Shown: positions 1 to 9,785 of the stretch, piece by piece | Numbering within the stretch: the first letter of the stretch is position 1 | Layout of the letters: every line of letters starts with the position of its first letter | NCBI GenBank assembly: GCA_036446195.1 | Contig: JAZFSN010000051.1 | Span: forward strand, 1-40,547 | Length of the DNA stretch: 40,547 nucleotides | Direction of reading: 5' to 3' | Source: Thermodesulfovibrionia bacterium | GTDB taxonomy: Bacteria > Nitrospirota > Thermodesulfovibrionia > UBA6902 > BMS3Bbin08 | Program-made: the position numbers and the translations under genes | Notes under the pieces: generated by a model | Database searches by the model: none | What the model saw: only the letters and a program-made list of their open reading frames with translations | Told to the model about the DNA's origin: nothing

Positions 1-139
1 GATGGTGATGCCGGGTGACAATGTAACGCTGACAATAGATCTGATAGCGCCAATAGCAATGGAGAAGGAAGTGAGGTTTGCGATAAGAGAGGGCGGAAGG
101 ACAGTGGGTGCCGGAGTTGTTATAGAGGTTATTGAATAA
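1..139 (+). CDS. tuf: Elongation factor Tu, C-terminal end (partial, 5' part upstream of window)
   Basis: Frame 2 reads [45 protein letters not shown]-stop, the conserved EF-Tu domain III terminus; lies directly upstream of rpsJ. Confidence 0.9.
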   Translation, partial: MVMPGDNVTLTIDLIAPIAMEKEVRFAIREGGRTVGAGVVIEVIE

Positions 140-177
140 AACATGAAACTGAAACCAGGGACTGGAAATAAGGGAAA

Positions 178-483
178 ATGAGAGAAAAGGTAAGAGTGAA
201 CTTGAAGGCATACGACTGCAGGCTGCTCGACCAGTCTGTGAAGGAAATAGTGGAAACTGTTAAGCGGACAGGTGCAAAGGTCTCAGGCCCTGTGCCACTT
301 CCGACAAAAATTCACAAGATTACAGTCCTAAGGTCTCCACATGTAGATAAAAAGTCAAGGGAGCAATTTGAAATAAGAACTCATAAGAGACTAATAGATA
401 TACTGGATCCAACACCTCAGACTGTTGATGCCCTTATGAAACTTGACCTTGCCGCAGGTGTTGATGTAGAGATAAAGTTATGA
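178..483 (+). CDS. rpsJ: 30S ribosomal protein S10
   Basis: 101 aa, ...[12 protein letters not shown]...[36 protein letters not shown]; first gene of S10 operon order. Confidence 0.97.
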   Translation: MREKVRVNLKAYDCRLLDQSVKEIVETVKRTGAKVSGPVPLPTKIHKITVLRSPHVDKKSREQFEIRTHKRLIDILDPTPQTVDALMKLDLAAGVDVEIKL

Positions 484-1133
484 AAGGCATACTTGGAAAA
501 AAGGTAGGTATGACACATCTATTTTCTGAAGACGGACGTGTTGTACCTGTTACAGTTATAGAGGCCGGACCCTGTAAGGTAGTCCAGTTGAAGAGGGTAG
601 AGAGTGACGGCTATTCAGCTGTTCAGATAGGCTTTGACGAAATAAAAAAAGAAAAAAATATCCCAAAGGGCCGTTTGGGGCATTTTAAAAAAATATCCCT
701 TCCTCCATATCGTTTTTTGAGAGAAATAAAAATGGAGGGGCTTAAGGTTGGTGATGATATTGCTGTGGATATTTTCGATAAAGGTGAAAAGGTTTTAGTT
801 ACAGGGGTGTCAAAAGGTAAAGGGTTTCAGGGTGTAATGAAGAGGCATAATTATAAAGGAGGCCCCGGCTCTCACGGTTCTATGTTTAATAGAGCACCCG
901 GCTCAATAGGACAAAGTTCTTTTCCATCAAGAGTCTGGAAGAATAAGGGCATGCCGGGACATATGGGTGACGAAAAGGTAACTACAAAGAATATAGAGGT
1001 TGTAGATATAAGGGAAGAGCAGAATCTTCTTATTGTCAAGGGCTCTGTCCCGGGGGCTAATGGCGGCTACCTTATAATAAGGTCGGTCGGAGCGATTCTT
1101 CGGTCGAAACGATTAAACTCCGACTCGCTTTGA
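480..1133 (+). CDS. rplC: 50S ribosomal protein L3 (C-terminal ~15 aa encoded by a dispersed repeat)
   Basis: [10 protein letters not shown]..., [19 protein letters not shown] motifs; ATGA overlap with rpsJ stop; tail [17 protein letters not shown] overlaps repeat 1085-1140. Confidence 0.95.
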   Translation: MKGILGKKVGMTHLFSEDGRVVPVTVIEAGPCKVVQLKRVESDGYSAVQIGFDEIKKEKNIPKGRLGHFKKISLPPYRFLREIKMEGLKVGDDIAVDIFDKGEKVLVTGVSKGKGFQGVMKRHNYKGGPGSHGSMFNRAPGSIGQSSFPSRVWKNKGMPGHMGDEKVTTKNIEVVDIREEQNLLIVKGSVPGANGGYLIIRSVGAILRSKRLNSDSL

Positions 1134-1140
1134 GAATCGG
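1085..1140 (+). repeat. Dispersed repeat family B copy (GGAGCGAyTCTTCG ... GACTCGCTTyGAGAATC)
   Basis: Shares the blocks CGGTCGGAGCGA(T/C)TCTTCG and GACTCGCTT(T/C)GAGAATC with 24231-24273; overlaps the rplC stop. Confidence 0.7.
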
Positions 1141-1159
1141 TCAGTAATTAGGATTATAA

Positions 1160-1783
1160 ATGGCTCAGTTAGAAATATTAAATAAAGATAACAAGCCGGT
1201 AGGCAAGGTTGACCTGCCGTCAGATATATTTGGCGTTGAAGTTAAAAAGTGGGTGCTGCATGAAGTTGTCCGCAACTATCTTGCTAATCAAAGGCAGGGC
1301 AATGCAGTTACTAAAACAAGGGGTCTTGTCAGCGGCGGGGGCAGGAAACCTTACAAACAGAAAGGTACGGGCAGGGCAAGGGCAGGAAGTAACCGTTCCC
1401 CATTGTGGAAAGGCGGAGGTACAGTTTTTGGTCCTTTGCCAAGAGACTATTCGTATAAACTTCCGAAAAAGGTAAAATGGGCGGCGCTTGGAGCAGCTTT
1501 CTCGGCTAAATTTGCCGACGGGGCAATTGTGGTGATAGAAAACCTGCTATTGTCAGAGCCAAAGACAAAGGACCTTGTTGTCTTGATAAAGGGACTCGGA
1601 CTTAGTAATGTTTTGATTATATTATCAGAGGATAATAAGACGATCAGGCTTTCGGCAAGAAATATTCCAAATGTGGATGTTGCAATAGTGGGCAGACTGA
1701 ATGTTTATGAGGTGCTGGTTCATGAGAAACTTCTCATGACCCGGGGGGCAGTAGAGCGAATGAAAGAGGTGTACCTGGATTGA
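1160..1783 (+). CDS. rplD: 50S ribosomal protein L4
   Basis: 207 aa, GGGRKPYKQKGTGRARAGSNRSPLWKGGG motif; operon order. Confidence 0.96.
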   Translation: MAQLEILNKDNKPVGKVDLPSDIFGVEVKKWVLHEVVRNYLANQRQGNAVTKTRGLVSGGGRKPYKQKGTGRARAGSNRSPLWKGGGTVFGPLPRDYSYKLPKKVKWAALGAAFSAKFADGAIVVIENLLLSEPKTKDLVVLIKGLGLSNVLIILSEDNKTIRLSARNIPNVDVAIVGRLNVYEVLVHEKLLMTRGAVERMKEVYLD

Positions 1784-2070
1784 AGACTTTATATAATGTC
1801 CTTGTGAGCCCGCTTTTAACAGAAAAAGGAACAAAGCTTAAAGAAGAGGACAATAAAGTGATGTTCAGGGTGGCAAGAGATGCCAACAAGATAGAGATAA
1901 AAAAAGCGGTTGAGGAAATATTTAAGGTAAAGGTAGACCGTGTCGCTACGATGAATTACAGAGGTAAGAAGAAACGTCTGGGAAAGCACGAAGGGAGAAG
2001 GTCTGACTGGAAAAAGGCTATAGTTAAACTTAAAAAAGGGGAAAAGCTGGATTTCATTGAAGGAGTATAG
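1780..2070 (+). CDS. rplW: 50S ribosomal protein L23
   Basis: 96 aa, LTEKGTKLKEEDNKVMFRVARDANKIEIKKAVEEIFKVKV; TTG start overlapping rplD stop. Confidence 0.95.
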   Translation: MKTLYNVLVSPLLTEKGTKLKEEDNKVMFRVARDANKIEIKKAVEEIFKVKVDRVATMNYRGKKKRLGKHEGRRSDWKKAIVKLKKGEKLDFIEGV

Positions 2071-2078
2071 GAATATAA

Positions 2079-2906
2079 ATGGCTGTAAAAAAATATAAAC
2101 CGACATCACCAGGTTCTCGTTTTAAGAGTGGATTTGATTTTTCTGAAATAACAGAGACAAAGCCGTACAAGGCGCTTTTACGGCCTCTTAAGAGAAGTGG
2201 CGGTAGAAACAACTCAGGACGTATTACTGTAAGGCGCAGAGGCGGCGGCCATAAAAGGTCTTACAGGATTATAGATTTTAAACGCAATAAATTCGGTATC
2301 CCGTCTGTTGTTGAATCTATAGAGTATGATCCTAACAGGTCTGCAAGGATAGCTTTGCTTAGATATGCGGATGGTGAAAGGAGATATATACTCTGGCCTG
2401 TAGGTATCAAGGTTGGTGACTCGCTAGTTTCAGGTCCTGACTCAGAGATAAATACCGGCAATGCTCTGCCCGTATGGAATATTCCGGTGGGAACAATAAT
2501 TCACAATGTCGAAATTTGGCCCGGGCAGGGAGGCAAATTTGCAAGGAGCGCTGGCAATTCTGCCCAGCTTATTGCAAAAGAAGCAAAGTTCTGCCATATA
2601 AAATGTTCATCAGGAGAAGTCAGGCTTATTCCGTCTGTATGTATGGCTACAATTGGTCAGGTTGGAAATGCTGAGTGGGAAAACATTTCTTTTGGTAAAG
2701 CTGGCAGGAGTCGCTGGCTTGGCAAGAGGCCTAAAGTAAGGGGTGTTGCGATGAATCCCGTAGACCATCCGCTTGGCGGCGGGGAAGGTAAAAGTTCAGG
2801 CGGGAGGCCACCTGTTTCTCCATGGGGCAAGCCGGAAGGCATTAAAACAAGAAAAAACAAGAGGACTAACAGATTAATTGTCAGACGAAGGAAGTCAAAA
2901 AAATAA
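2079..2906 (+). CDS. rplB: 50S ribosomal protein L2
   Basis: 275 aa, [11 protein letters not shown]..., [22 protein letters not shown] motif. Confidence 0.97.
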   Translation: MAVKKYKPTSPGSRFKSGFDFSEITETKPYKALLRPLKRSGGRNNSGRITVRRRGGGHKRSYRIIDFKRNKFGIPSVVESIEYDPNRSARIALLRYADGERRYILWPVGIKVGDSLVSGPDSEINTGNALPVWNIPVGTIIHNVEIWPGQGGKFARSAGNSAQLIAKEAKFCHIKCSSGEVRLIPSVCMATIGQVGNAEWENISFGKAGRSRWLGKRPKVRGVAMNPVDHPLGGGEGKSSGGRPPVSPWGKPEGIKTRKNKRTNRLIVRRRKSKK

Positions 2907-2966
2907 AATTAAATATCAAAAATCAGTCCTGAAACATCGGGATGTAATTTTTTATAGGAGAATATT

Positions 2967-3266
2967 TTGCCCAGATCTCTAAAAAAAGGACCGTACGTAG
3001 ATGCAAAGCTTGCTAAACGGATTCAAATAATGAATGAGTCCGGGGGGAAGAGGATTCTTAAAACATGGGCAAGGAGATCTACAATAGTTCCAGAATTTAT
3101 AGGACATACCTTTGCAGTGCATAATGGCAGGAAATTTATTCCTGTTTATATAACTGAGAATATGGTTGGCCACAAGCTGGGAGAATTTTCACCAACAAGG
3201 ACATTCAAGGCACATTCGGGCACTAAAAAGACAGGGGTATCAACTCCGGCTAAAGGGCAAAAATAA
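2967..3266 (+). CDS. rpsS: 30S ribosomal protein S19
   Basis: [11 protein letters not shown]..., [29 protein letters not shown]; TTG start after AGGAG. Confidence 0.96.
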   Translation: MPRSLKKGPYVDAKLAKRIQIMNESGGKRILKTWARRSTIVPEFIGHTFAVHNGRKFIPVYITENMVGHKLGEFSPTRTFKAHSGTKKTGVSTPAKGQK

Positions 3267-3285
3267 ATTTTAGAGGTAATCTTTA

Positions 3286-3624
3286 ATGGAATCAAAGGCT
3301 ATACTGAAATTTGCACGGGTTTCACCAAGAAAAGTAAGGAGGATTACTAACTTAATAAAGGGCAAAAAGGCGGGTGATGCCCTTATAAGCCTTAGATTTT
3401 TTCCACACAGCTCAGCGAAAATTGTAGGGAAAATTTTAAAATCGGCTATAGCTAATGCTGAGCAAAAGAAGGTGGCAGATCCTGAATCGATGACAATAGT
3501 AAATGCTGTTGTGGAACAGGGGCCTACCATGAAGAGAATGATGCCCCGTGCCATGGGCAAAGCGGATATTATAAAGAAGAGGACAAGCCATATAAAATTA
3601 CAATTGGAAGAAGGAAAGGATTAG
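3286..3624 (+). CDS. rplV: 50S ribosomal protein L22
   Basis: 112 aa, ARVSPRKVRRITNLIKGKKAGDAL...; operon order. Confidence 0.96.
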   Translation: MESKAILKFARVSPRKVRRITNLIKGKKAGDALISLRFFPHSSAKIVGKILKSAIANAEQKKVADPESMTIVNAVVEQGPTMKRMMPRAMGKADIIKKRTSHIKLQLEEGKD

Positions 3625-3634
3625 GAGGTAGATT

Positions 3635-4312
3635 TTGGGTCAGAAGACAAATCCAATAGGGAATAGATTAGGGATAACAAGAACATGGGATTCAAGGTGG
3701 TTTGCCAAAAAAGATTATTCAACATTTCTACATGAGGATTTAAGGATTCGTAAACTTATAAAAGAAAAACTCTTTCATGCGGGTATTGCTAAAGTGGAAA
3801 TTGAGAGGGCCGGGCAAAAAGCAAGGATAATTATACATACGGCAAGACCTGGAATAATTATAGGCAAAAAAGGCAGTGAGGTTGACAAGCTTAAAAAAGA
3901 TTTAGAAAAATTTACAGGAAAACAGGTAAGTCAGCTGAGTATAGATATAAAAGAGATAAGGAAACCAGAGCTTGATGCCCAGTTAGTGGCAGAGAATATT
4001 GCCCTTCAGCTGGAAAAAAGGGTTGCTTTCAGGAAAGCAATGAAAAAGGCTGTTGCCACGGCAAGACGGTTTGGTGCTTTGGGAATACGTGTAGCCTGTG
4101 CCGGTCGGCTTGCTGGTTCCGAGATAGCCCGATCAGAATGGTATAGGGAAGGAAGGGTTCCATTACATACATTCAGGTCTGATATAGACTATGGCTTGAC
4201 CGAGGCGAAAACAACCTATGGGAGAATCGGAGTTAAGGTCTGGATATACAAGGGTGATGTTCTGCAGGAATTACAAACACCTAAATCAGACGGGGGCGAA
4301 AATATAGCTTAA
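3635..4312 (+). CDS. rpsC: 30S ribosomal protein S3
   Basis: [23 protein letters not shown]..., KH and S3-C motifs; TTG start after AGGAGG. Confidence 0.97.
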   Translation: MGQKTNPIGNRLGITRTWDSRWFAKKDYSTFLHEDLRIRKLIKEKLFHAGIAKVEIERAGQKARIIIHTARPGIIIGKKGSEVDKLKKDLEKFTGKQVSQLSIDIKEIRKPELDAQLVAENIALQLEKRVAFRKAMKKAVATARRFGALGIRVACAGRLAGSEIARSEWYREGRVPLHTFRSDIDYGLTEAKTTYGRIGVKVWIYKGDVLQELQTPKSDGGENIA

Positions 4313-4327
4313 AGTTTTTAGCTGTTT

Positions 4328-4374
4328 GTGTTTAGTTTTTAGTCTATGTCCCGTAGGGACTAACAACTAATAAC
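4328..4374 (+). repeat. Imperfect inverted repeat / hairpin in rpsC-rplP spacer
   Basis: Arms GTGTTTAGTTTTTAGTC and GACTAACAACTAATAAC (14/17 complementary) around the inner hairpin GTCCC-GTA-GGGAC (4348-4360). Confidence 0.6.
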
Positions 4375-4405
4375 AAATAACTGATAACTAAGTTTAGGGA
4401 TTGTT

Positions 4406-4822
4406 ATGTTAATGCCAAAGAAAGTTAAATTCAGGAAAATGATGAAGGGCCGTATGAATGGGAAGGCTTACAGGGGGGCTGATGTATCCTTTGGCGAGTA
4501 CGGATTAAAGGCTCTGGAGCCTGGCTGGGTTTCGAACCGCCAGATTGAATCTGCAAGAATTGCAATCGCAAGACATGTAAAAAGAGGATGTAAACTCTGG
4601 ATCAGGATATTCCCTGATAAGCCCTTGACAAAAAAGCCAGCTGAGACAAGGATGGGGAAAGGCAAGGGAACCCCCGAGTCATGGGTTGCTGTTGTTAAGC
4701 CGGGGAGAGTACTTTATGAGATTTCAGGAGTTACTGAAGAAGTAGCGCGTGAAGCTCTCCGTCTTGCTTCATATAAGCTTCCGGTTGCGACGATATTTCT
4801 TAAGAGGGGTAAAATTATATGA
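4406..4822 (+). CDS. rplP: 50S ribosomal protein L16
   Basis: [19 protein letters not shown]..., [22 protein letters not shown]. Confidence 0.96.
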   Translation: MLMPKKVKFRKMMKGRMNGKAYRGADVSFGEYGLKALEPGWVSNRQIESARIAIARHVKRGCKLWIRIFPDKPLTKKPAETRMGKGKGTPESWVAVVKPGRVLYEISGVTEEVAREALRLASYKLPVATIFLKRGKII

Positions 4823-5046
4823 AAAAACCCTCTGAATTAAGGGCATTAACCATTGAAGAGCTGAGACAGGAAGAAATAAACCTGAGAAAAGAGCTTTTTA
4901 ATCTAAGATTTCAAAAGACTACAGGTGAAATTGAGAATCCTATGATGATAAAACAGGTAAGAAGAGGGATAGCAAGAGTTTTGACGGTAATAAATGAAAA
5001 GACTCCGGTTCACTCAGCTGAATCGTTAAAAGTGGAGAATCAGTAG
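4819..5046 (+). CDS. rpmC: 50S ribosomal protein L29
   Basis: 75 aa, [28 protein letters not shown]; ATGA overlap with rplP. Confidence 0.94.
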   Translation: MKKPSELRALTIEELRQEEINLRKELFNLRFQKTTGEIENPMMIKQVRRGIARVLTVINEKTPVHSAESLKVENQ

Positions 5047-5081
5047 TTTTTAACTTGTAACCTTAAACTTGAGAAGGAAAC

Positions 5082-5321
5082 ATGCCAAGAAAAATTTATA
5101 CAGGTGAAGTTGTAAGCGATAAAATGGATAAAACAATTGTGGTGGCTGTTAAAAGATTTATGCAGCATCCAACCTATAAAAAAACCATAAAAAAGATTAC
5201 AAAGTTCAAGGCGCATGATGAGGCGAACAGGTTTAAGGTTGGTGATAAGGTTTCGATTGTTGAGTCTAAACCTCTCAGCAAGGATAAGAGGTGGAGAGTT
5301 CTTGAGGTTATTGAAAGGTAA
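5082..5321 (+). CDS. rpsQ: 30S ribosomal protein S17
   Basis: 79 aa, [40 protein letters not shown]. Confidence 0.95.
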   Translation: MPRKIYTGEVVSDKMDKTIVVAVKRFMQHPTYKKTIKKITKFKAHDEANRFKVGDKVSIVESKPLSKDKRWRVLEVIER

Positions 5322-5326
5322 AACAG

Positions 5327-5695
5327 ATGATTCAACCACAGACCATATTAGCAGTTGCGGATAATTCAGGGGCAAAAAAAGTTCAGTGTATTAAGGTTAC
5401 GGGTAGTTCTTATAGAAGATACGCGAGGATAGGCGATGTAGTAGTTGTAAGTGTAAAAGAGGCTTTACCTGTGGGTGAGGTTAAAAAGGGGTCCGTTGCG
5501 AAAGGCGTTGTGGTAAGGACCAGGAAAGAGACGAGGAGACCTGACGGTTCGTATATAAGATTTGATCAAAATGCGGTTGTCCTTATAAACGCAGAGGGTG
5601 ATCCAATTGGCACAAGGATATTTGGGCCTGTGGCAAGGGAGCTTCGATGGAAGGCGTTTATGAAAATTGTATCCCTTGCTCCAGAGGTCCTATAA
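5327..5695 (+). CDS. rplN: 50S ribosomal protein L14
   Basis: [24 protein letters not shown]..., 122 aa. Confidence 0.97.
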   Translation: MIQPQTILAVADNSGAKKVQCIKVTGSSYRRYARIGDVVVVSVKEALPVGEVKKGSVAKGVVVRTRKETRRPDGSYIRFDQNAVVLINAEGDPIGTRIFGPVARELRWKAFMKIVSLAPEVL

Positions 5696-5747
5696 GACAT
5701 CCTGTAAAGAGGGATGATCAAGTATAAGAATTATACTAGGAGAAAAT

Positions 5748-6065
5748 ATGGGATTAGGTATCAAGAAAGATGATATAGTGATGTTAATAGCTGGAGATGA
5801 AAAGGGTAAGAGGGGAAGAGTGCTTACAGTTTACCCAAAAAAACAAAAGGTTTTAATCGAAAAGCTTAATATTATAAAAAGACACATGAAGCCCAGCAAG
5901 AAGTATTCCCAGGGAGGAATTATAGAGAAAGAGGCGCCCATTCACAGGTCAAAAGTGATATTGGTTTGTTCTAAATGTAATAAACCAACAAGGATAGGAC
6001 AGAAAATTCTTGAGAGCGGGTCAAAAGTTAGAACATGCAGGAAGTGCAAAGAGGTTCTGGATTAA
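5748..6065 (+). CDS. rplX: 50S ribosomal protein L24 (C-terminal CxxC...CxxC zinc-ribbon form)
   Basis: KOW motif [22 protein letters not shown]; C-terminal [11 protein letters not shown]...CRKCKEVL. Confidence 0.94.
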   Translation: MGLGIKKDDIVMLIAGDEKGKRGRVLTVYPKKQKVLIEKLNIIKRHMKPSKKYSQGGIIEKEAPIHRSKVILVCSKCNKPTRIGQKILESGSKVRTCRKCKEVLD

Positions 6066-6073
6066 CAGGAAAG

Positions 6074-6610
6074 ATGGCTAAATTAAAAGAGAAATACAGG
6101 ACAGAAATAGTGCCAACTCTTATGAAGGAGTTCTCGTACAAGAATATAATGCAGGTGCCTAAACTCAAAAGTATCGTTCTTAACGTTGGAATGGGTGAAG
6201 CCCTCCAGAATATAAAACTCCTGGACGCTGCAGCGGTAGAGCTTGCGACTATAACGGGGCAGAAAGCTGTTATTACAAGGGCAAAGAAGTCAATAGCCGG
6301 TTTTAAGCTTAAAAAAGATATGCCTGTTGGTTGTAAGGTAACTTTGAGGGGCAACAGGATGTATGAGTTTCTTGACAAATTTATTAGTATGGCATTACCC
6401 AGAATAAGGGATTTCAGAGGTGTTCCGGATAAGGCATTTGACGGCAGGGGAAATTATGCATTTGGAGTTAAAGAACAGATAATATTCCCGGAAATTAATC
6501 ATGACAAGATTGCAAGTATTTATGGTATGGATGTGGTGATTGTGACTTCGGCTAACACAAATGAGGAGGGTAAGGCCCTTCTCAGGCATTTAGGAATGCC
6601 TTTTAGTTAA
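6074..6610 (+). CDS. rplE: 50S ribosomal protein L5
   Basis: Start moved to [14 protein letters not shown] (AGGAAAG SD upstream); the ORF-track start 6035 overlaps rplX. Confidence 0.95.
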   Translation: MAKLKEKYRTEIVPTLMKEFSYKNIMQVPKLKSIVLNVGMGEALQNIKLLDAAAVELATITGQKAVITRAKKSIAGFKLKKDMPVGCKVTLRGNRMYEFLDKFISMALPRIRDFRGVPDKAFDGRGNYAFGVKEQIIFPEINHDKIASIYGMDVVIVTSANTNEEGKALLRHLGMPFS

Positions 6611-6653
6611 ATTTTAATGCTTTCTATCTTATGTAGAAAGGGCAGAGTATTTT

Positions 6654-6839
6654 ATGGCAAAAAAGTGTTTGATAGAAAAGGCTAAAAGGCCGCCAAAGTT
6701 TAAAGTGAGGGCATACAATAGATGCCCCCTATGTGGCAGACCCAGAGCTTTCCTGAGAAGATTTGGAATGTGCCGGATATGTTTCCGGGAGCTGGCCCTC
6801 AAAGGGCAGATACCTGGAGTGGTAAAATCGAGCTGGTAA
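6654..6839 (+). CDS. rpsN: 30S ribosomal protein S14, short zinc-binding type Z
   Basis: 61 aa, [23 protein letters not shown], ends VVKSSW. Confidence 0.96.
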   Translation: MAKKCLIEKAKRPPKFKVRAYNRCPLCGRPRAFLRRFGMCRICFRELALKGQIPGVVKSSW

Positions 6840-6893
6840 AACCGTTGTCATTTTTTAAAAAATAAAAAACAAAAAAAAGAGGCTAGTTTTAAC

Positions 6894-7289
6894 ATGATGA
6901 CAGATCCCATTGCAGATATGCTTACGAGAATCAGAAACGCTAATATGATTAGTGCGGAAAAGGTAGATATCCCTGCTTCGAAATTAAAAATTGAGATGAC
7001 AAAAATACTTAAAGAAAAGGGATTTATTAAAGGTTACAAGGTTTTAAAAGATAAAAAGCAGGGCATTTTGCGAATATCGATGAAATATGTTGCTGGCGGC
7101 GAAAAGGTAATATCAGGAATTAAAAAAATAAGCAAGCCCGGCAGAAGAGTATATGTAGATAAAGAAGAGATACCAAAGGTTATGGGAAATTTTGGAATAG
7201 CGATCCTCTCAACATCGCGGGGGATACTTTGTGATGAAAGTTGCGTGCGCGAGGGGATAGGTGGAGAGGTTTTGTGCTATATATGGTGA
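6894..7289 (+). CDS. rpsH: 30S ribosomal protein S8
   Basis: [15 protein letters not shown]..., ends GGEVLCYIW. Confidence 0.97.
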   Translation: MMTDPIADMLTRIRNANMISAEKVDIPASKLKIEMTKILKEKGFIKGYKVLKDKKQGILRISMKYVAGGEKVISGIKKISKPGRRVYVDKEEIPKVMGNFGIAILSTSRGILCDESCVREGIGGEVLCYIW

Positions 7290-7290
7290 G

Positions 7291-7392
7291 AAACACAGAT
7301 GATCACAGATGTATCTGTCTACGACTCGTAGATCGGTCATCCCTGCCTGCCGGCAGGCAGGTGTATCTTTTTATCTGTGCTAATCTGTGTTT
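7291..7392. repeat. Composite palindromic element: CACAGAT-type arms plus central 20-bp GC palindrome
   Basis: Arms AAACACAGATGATCACAGAT (7291-7310) and ATCTGTGCTAATCTGTGTTT (7373-7392), 18/20 complementary; core CCTGCCTGCCGGCAGGCAGG at 7342-7361. Confidence 0.8.
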
Positions 7393-7407
7393 TTTAAGGG
7401 AGTTAGG

Positions 7408-7950
7408 ATGTCAAGGATTGGACAAAAACCAGTAAATATACCTAAGGGAGTAGATGTCAAAATTAATGGCGGCATAATTACTGTTAAAGGTTCAAAAGGC
7501 GAGCTTAAATGGGATTTTCCACCTGATTTAAAGGTTTCTATTCAGAATGAAGTCCTTATAGTGGAGAGACCTTCTGATATAGTAAAATTGAAGGCCTTAC
7601 ACGGTTTAACCAGGAATATTATCTCGAACATGGTTGACGGTGTAACCAATGGATATCAAAGAGTCCTTGAGATTTCTGGAGTAGGCTACAAGGCTCAGGT
7701 TCAGGGTAGGAAAATGGTCTTGGCTCTTGGATATTCTTATCCTGTTAAATTTCAACTTCCCGAGGGCATAACTGCGGAGGTTGATTCAAAACAGACCAAT
7801 ATAACCCTTAAGGGAATAGATAAACAGTTAATCGGGCAGGTTGCAGCAGACCTAAGGTCATTGAGACCGCCTGACGCTTATAAAAGAAAGGGCATTCGAT
7901 ATGCCGGCGAGAAAGTTAAACTAAAGGCGGGCAAGGCGGGGAAAAAATAG
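7408..7950 (+). CDS. rplF: 50S ribosomal protein L6
   Basis: Start at MSRIGQKPVNIPKGV after GGGAG SD; the ORF-track start 7387 lies inside a repeat. Confidence 0.95.
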   Translation: MSRIGQKPVNIPKGVDVKINGGIITVKGSKGELKWDFPPDLKVSIQNEVLIVERPSDIVKLKALHGLTRNIISNMVDGVTNGYQRVLEISGVGYKAQVQGRKMVLALGYSYPVKFQLPEGITAEVDSKQTNITLKGIDKQLIGQVAADLRSLRPPDAYKRKGIRYAGEKVKLKAGKAGKK

Positions 7951-8065
7951 CAAATAGCTATTAGCAATAAACTTAACCGGAAGCTAATTGCTTTGCTGGC
8001 TGGTTAGTTGACGAATTGTATACACTAAGTGATTCTGCGATCCATTGGGTGTAAAGGGGGAAAAA

Positions 8066-8428
8066 TTGAGAGGCAGTAAGCAAGAGGCTAAACACAGACG
8101 CCATGAAAGGATTAGAAATAAAATTTATGGTACGTCTGAAAGACCGAGGCTAAATGTATTTAAAAGCCTCAAACACATATATGCTCAGATAATAGATGAT
8201 TCATCGGGCAATACTATTGTTTCTGCTGCCAGCATCGATAAGGAACTCAGGGAAAAGCTTAATAAGGGAGGGAATATCGAAGCAGCGGGAAGAGTGGGAG
8301 ATTTAGTTGCTCTAAGGGCTATAGGTAAGGGGATTAAAAAAGTAGCATTTGATAGAGGAGGATACCTTTACCACGGGAGAATAAAAAAACTTGCTGACGC
8401 AGCAAGAGGGGCAGGACTTGAATTTTGA
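8066..8428 (+). CDS. rplR: 50S ribosomal protein L18
   Basis: [34 protein letters not shown]; likely TTG start 8066 after AAGGGGG (ORF track 8045); start uncertain. Confidence 0.92.
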   Translation: MRGSKQEAKHRRHERIRNKIYGTSERPRLNVFKSLKHIYAQIIDDSSGNTIVSAASIDKELREKLNKGGNIEAAGRVGDLVALRAIGKGIKKVAFDRGGYLYHGRIKKLADAARGAGLEF

Positions 8429-8432
8429 GATT

Positions 8433-8467
8433 CTGATTTCACAGATTTAAAAAATCGGTGTAATCAG
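8433..8467 (+). repeat. CTGATTTCACAGATT-family hairpin (single)
   Basis: CTGATTTCACAGATT-TAAAA-AATCGGTGTAATCAG, 13/15 complementary; starts 4 nt after the rplR stop. Confidence 0.8.
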
Positions 8468-8472
8468 GTTTA

Positions 8473-8988
8473 ATGAATATTAAATCAGGAGGTTATGTGG
8501 GTAGAATTGATGCGGAAAGACTCAGTCTTAAAGATAAAGTCATATATATAAACAGGGTCGCCAAGGTTGTTAAAGGCGGCAGGCGTTTTTCGTTTAGTGC
8601 GCTTGTTGTGGTGGGCGATGGTGATGGGCATATAGGTTTTGGTAAAGGAAAGGCTAAGGAAGTCCCTGAGGCTATAAGAAAGGCGATTGAACATGCAAAG
8701 AGAAACCTTATGAAAGTCCCTGTAAAAGACGGCTCAATCCCTCATCAGATAACGGGCAGGTACGGTGCTGGAAGGGTGGTTATGAAACCTGCTCCTGAAG
8801 GAGTAGGTCTTATTGCAGGAGGTCCCGTAAGGGCTATAATGGAGGTTGTAGGTATACATAACATTGTTACCAAGTCTCTTGGCACTCACAATCCATTTAA
8901 TACCGTAAGGGCTACATTTGATGGATTTACCAAACTTAAAGACTCAGAAAGCGTTATGAAAAGGACAGGAAAGGCTGAGGAAGAATAG
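8473..8988 (+). CDS. rpsE: 30S ribosomal protein S5
   Basis: [46 protein letters not shown]; start uncertain (in-frame GTG 8497 follows AGGAGG). Confidence 0.94.
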   Translation: MNIKSGGYVGRIDAERLSLKDKVIYINRVAKVVKGGRRFSFSALVVVGDGDGHIGFGKGKAKEVPEAIRKAIEHAKRNLMKVPVKDGSIPHQITGRYGAGRVVMKPAPEGVGLIAGGPVRAIMEVVGIHNIVTKSLGTHNPFNTVRATFDGFTKLKDSESVMKRTGKAEEE

Positions 8989-9006
8989 AGAAATATTAAA
9001 TATAAA

Positions 9007-9231
9007 ATGAAAGTAAAGATAACATTAAAACGGAGCTTTATTGGTAAATGCAAAAAACACAGGAGAATTCTTGAGTCCCTGGGTTTGAGAAGGCTCAATC
9101 AGAGCGTCATGCATAATGATATACCCTCTGTGACAGGTATGGTTGATAAAGTTTCCCATATGGTTGAAATGGTCAGATTAAAGGAACAGGAAGCCAGGAA
9201 ATTAAAAAATGAGGAAATCAGAAAAAAATAA
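9007..9231 (+). CDS. rpmD: 50S ribosomal protein L30 (with about 18-aa charged C-terminal extension)
   Basis: MKVKITLKRSFIGKCKKHRRILESLGLRRLNQSV; position between rpsE and rplO. Confidence 0.9.
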   Translation: MKVKITLKRSFIGKCKKHRRILESLGLRRLNQSVMHNDIPSVTGMVDKVSHMVEMVRLKEQEARKLKNEEIRKK

Positions 9232-9260
9232 TTTGTCGATTACCTGTAGAGGAGAAATAA

Positions 9261-9719
9261 ATGAGATTATCTGATTTATCGCCAATGCGGGGAAGCAGAA
9301 AGAAGAAGAAAAGAGTTGGAAGAGGTCCTGGTTCAGGTCATGGTAAAACCTCGTGCAGGGGACATAAAGGCCAGAAATCAAGGTCTGGTGGCGGGACAAG
9401 ACCGGGTTTTGAAGGCGGACAGATGCCTTTACATAGACGACTGCCCAAAAGAGGATTTAGAAATATTTTTAAAAAACAGTATGCAATCATAAATCTTAAA
9501 GTTTTAAATGAAATCTCAGACCCTGTAATTACGCCTGAAGTTATAATTGAAAAAGGATTTATAAAAAGTATTAAGGACGGAGTCAAGATTTTAGGGGTCG
9601 GAGAAATAAAAAAACCACTTAATGTGAAGGCCCATGCCTTTAGTGCCTCTGCTAAAGAAAAAATACTCAAAAGTGGCGGAAGTGCAGAAATAATCAAAAG
9701 TGCAAAATCCAAAACATAA
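9261..9719 (+). CDS. rplO: 50S ribosomal protein L15
   Basis: [44 protein letters not shown]. Confidence 0.96.
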   Translation: MRLSDLSPMRGSRKKKKRVGRGPGSGHGKTSCRGHKGQKSRSGGGTRPGFEGGQMPLHRRLPKRGFRNIFKKQYAIINLKVLNEISDPVITPEVIIEKGFIKSIKDGVKILGVGEIKKPLNVKAHAFSASAKEKILKSGGSAEIIKSAKSKT

Positions 9720-9785
9720 AGCAAAAAAATCTTTTATTTTCAATAATTATCTGTTAATCCTTAACTTTTTACTTTAATATTTTTT

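Noticed and set aside
7241-7435. 64-aa ORF spanning the rpsH-rplF spacer; similar ORFs at 16523-16729 and 27382-27648
   Set aside because: They read straight through palindromic repeat elements and overlap the real gene ends. They have no RBS and only a low-complexity product, so they are artefacts of repeat sequence.
9160-9231. C-terminal extension of L30, considered as another repeat-derived tail
   Set aside because: I found no nucleotide similarity to any repeat family in the window. It is probably a lineage-specific charged tail.
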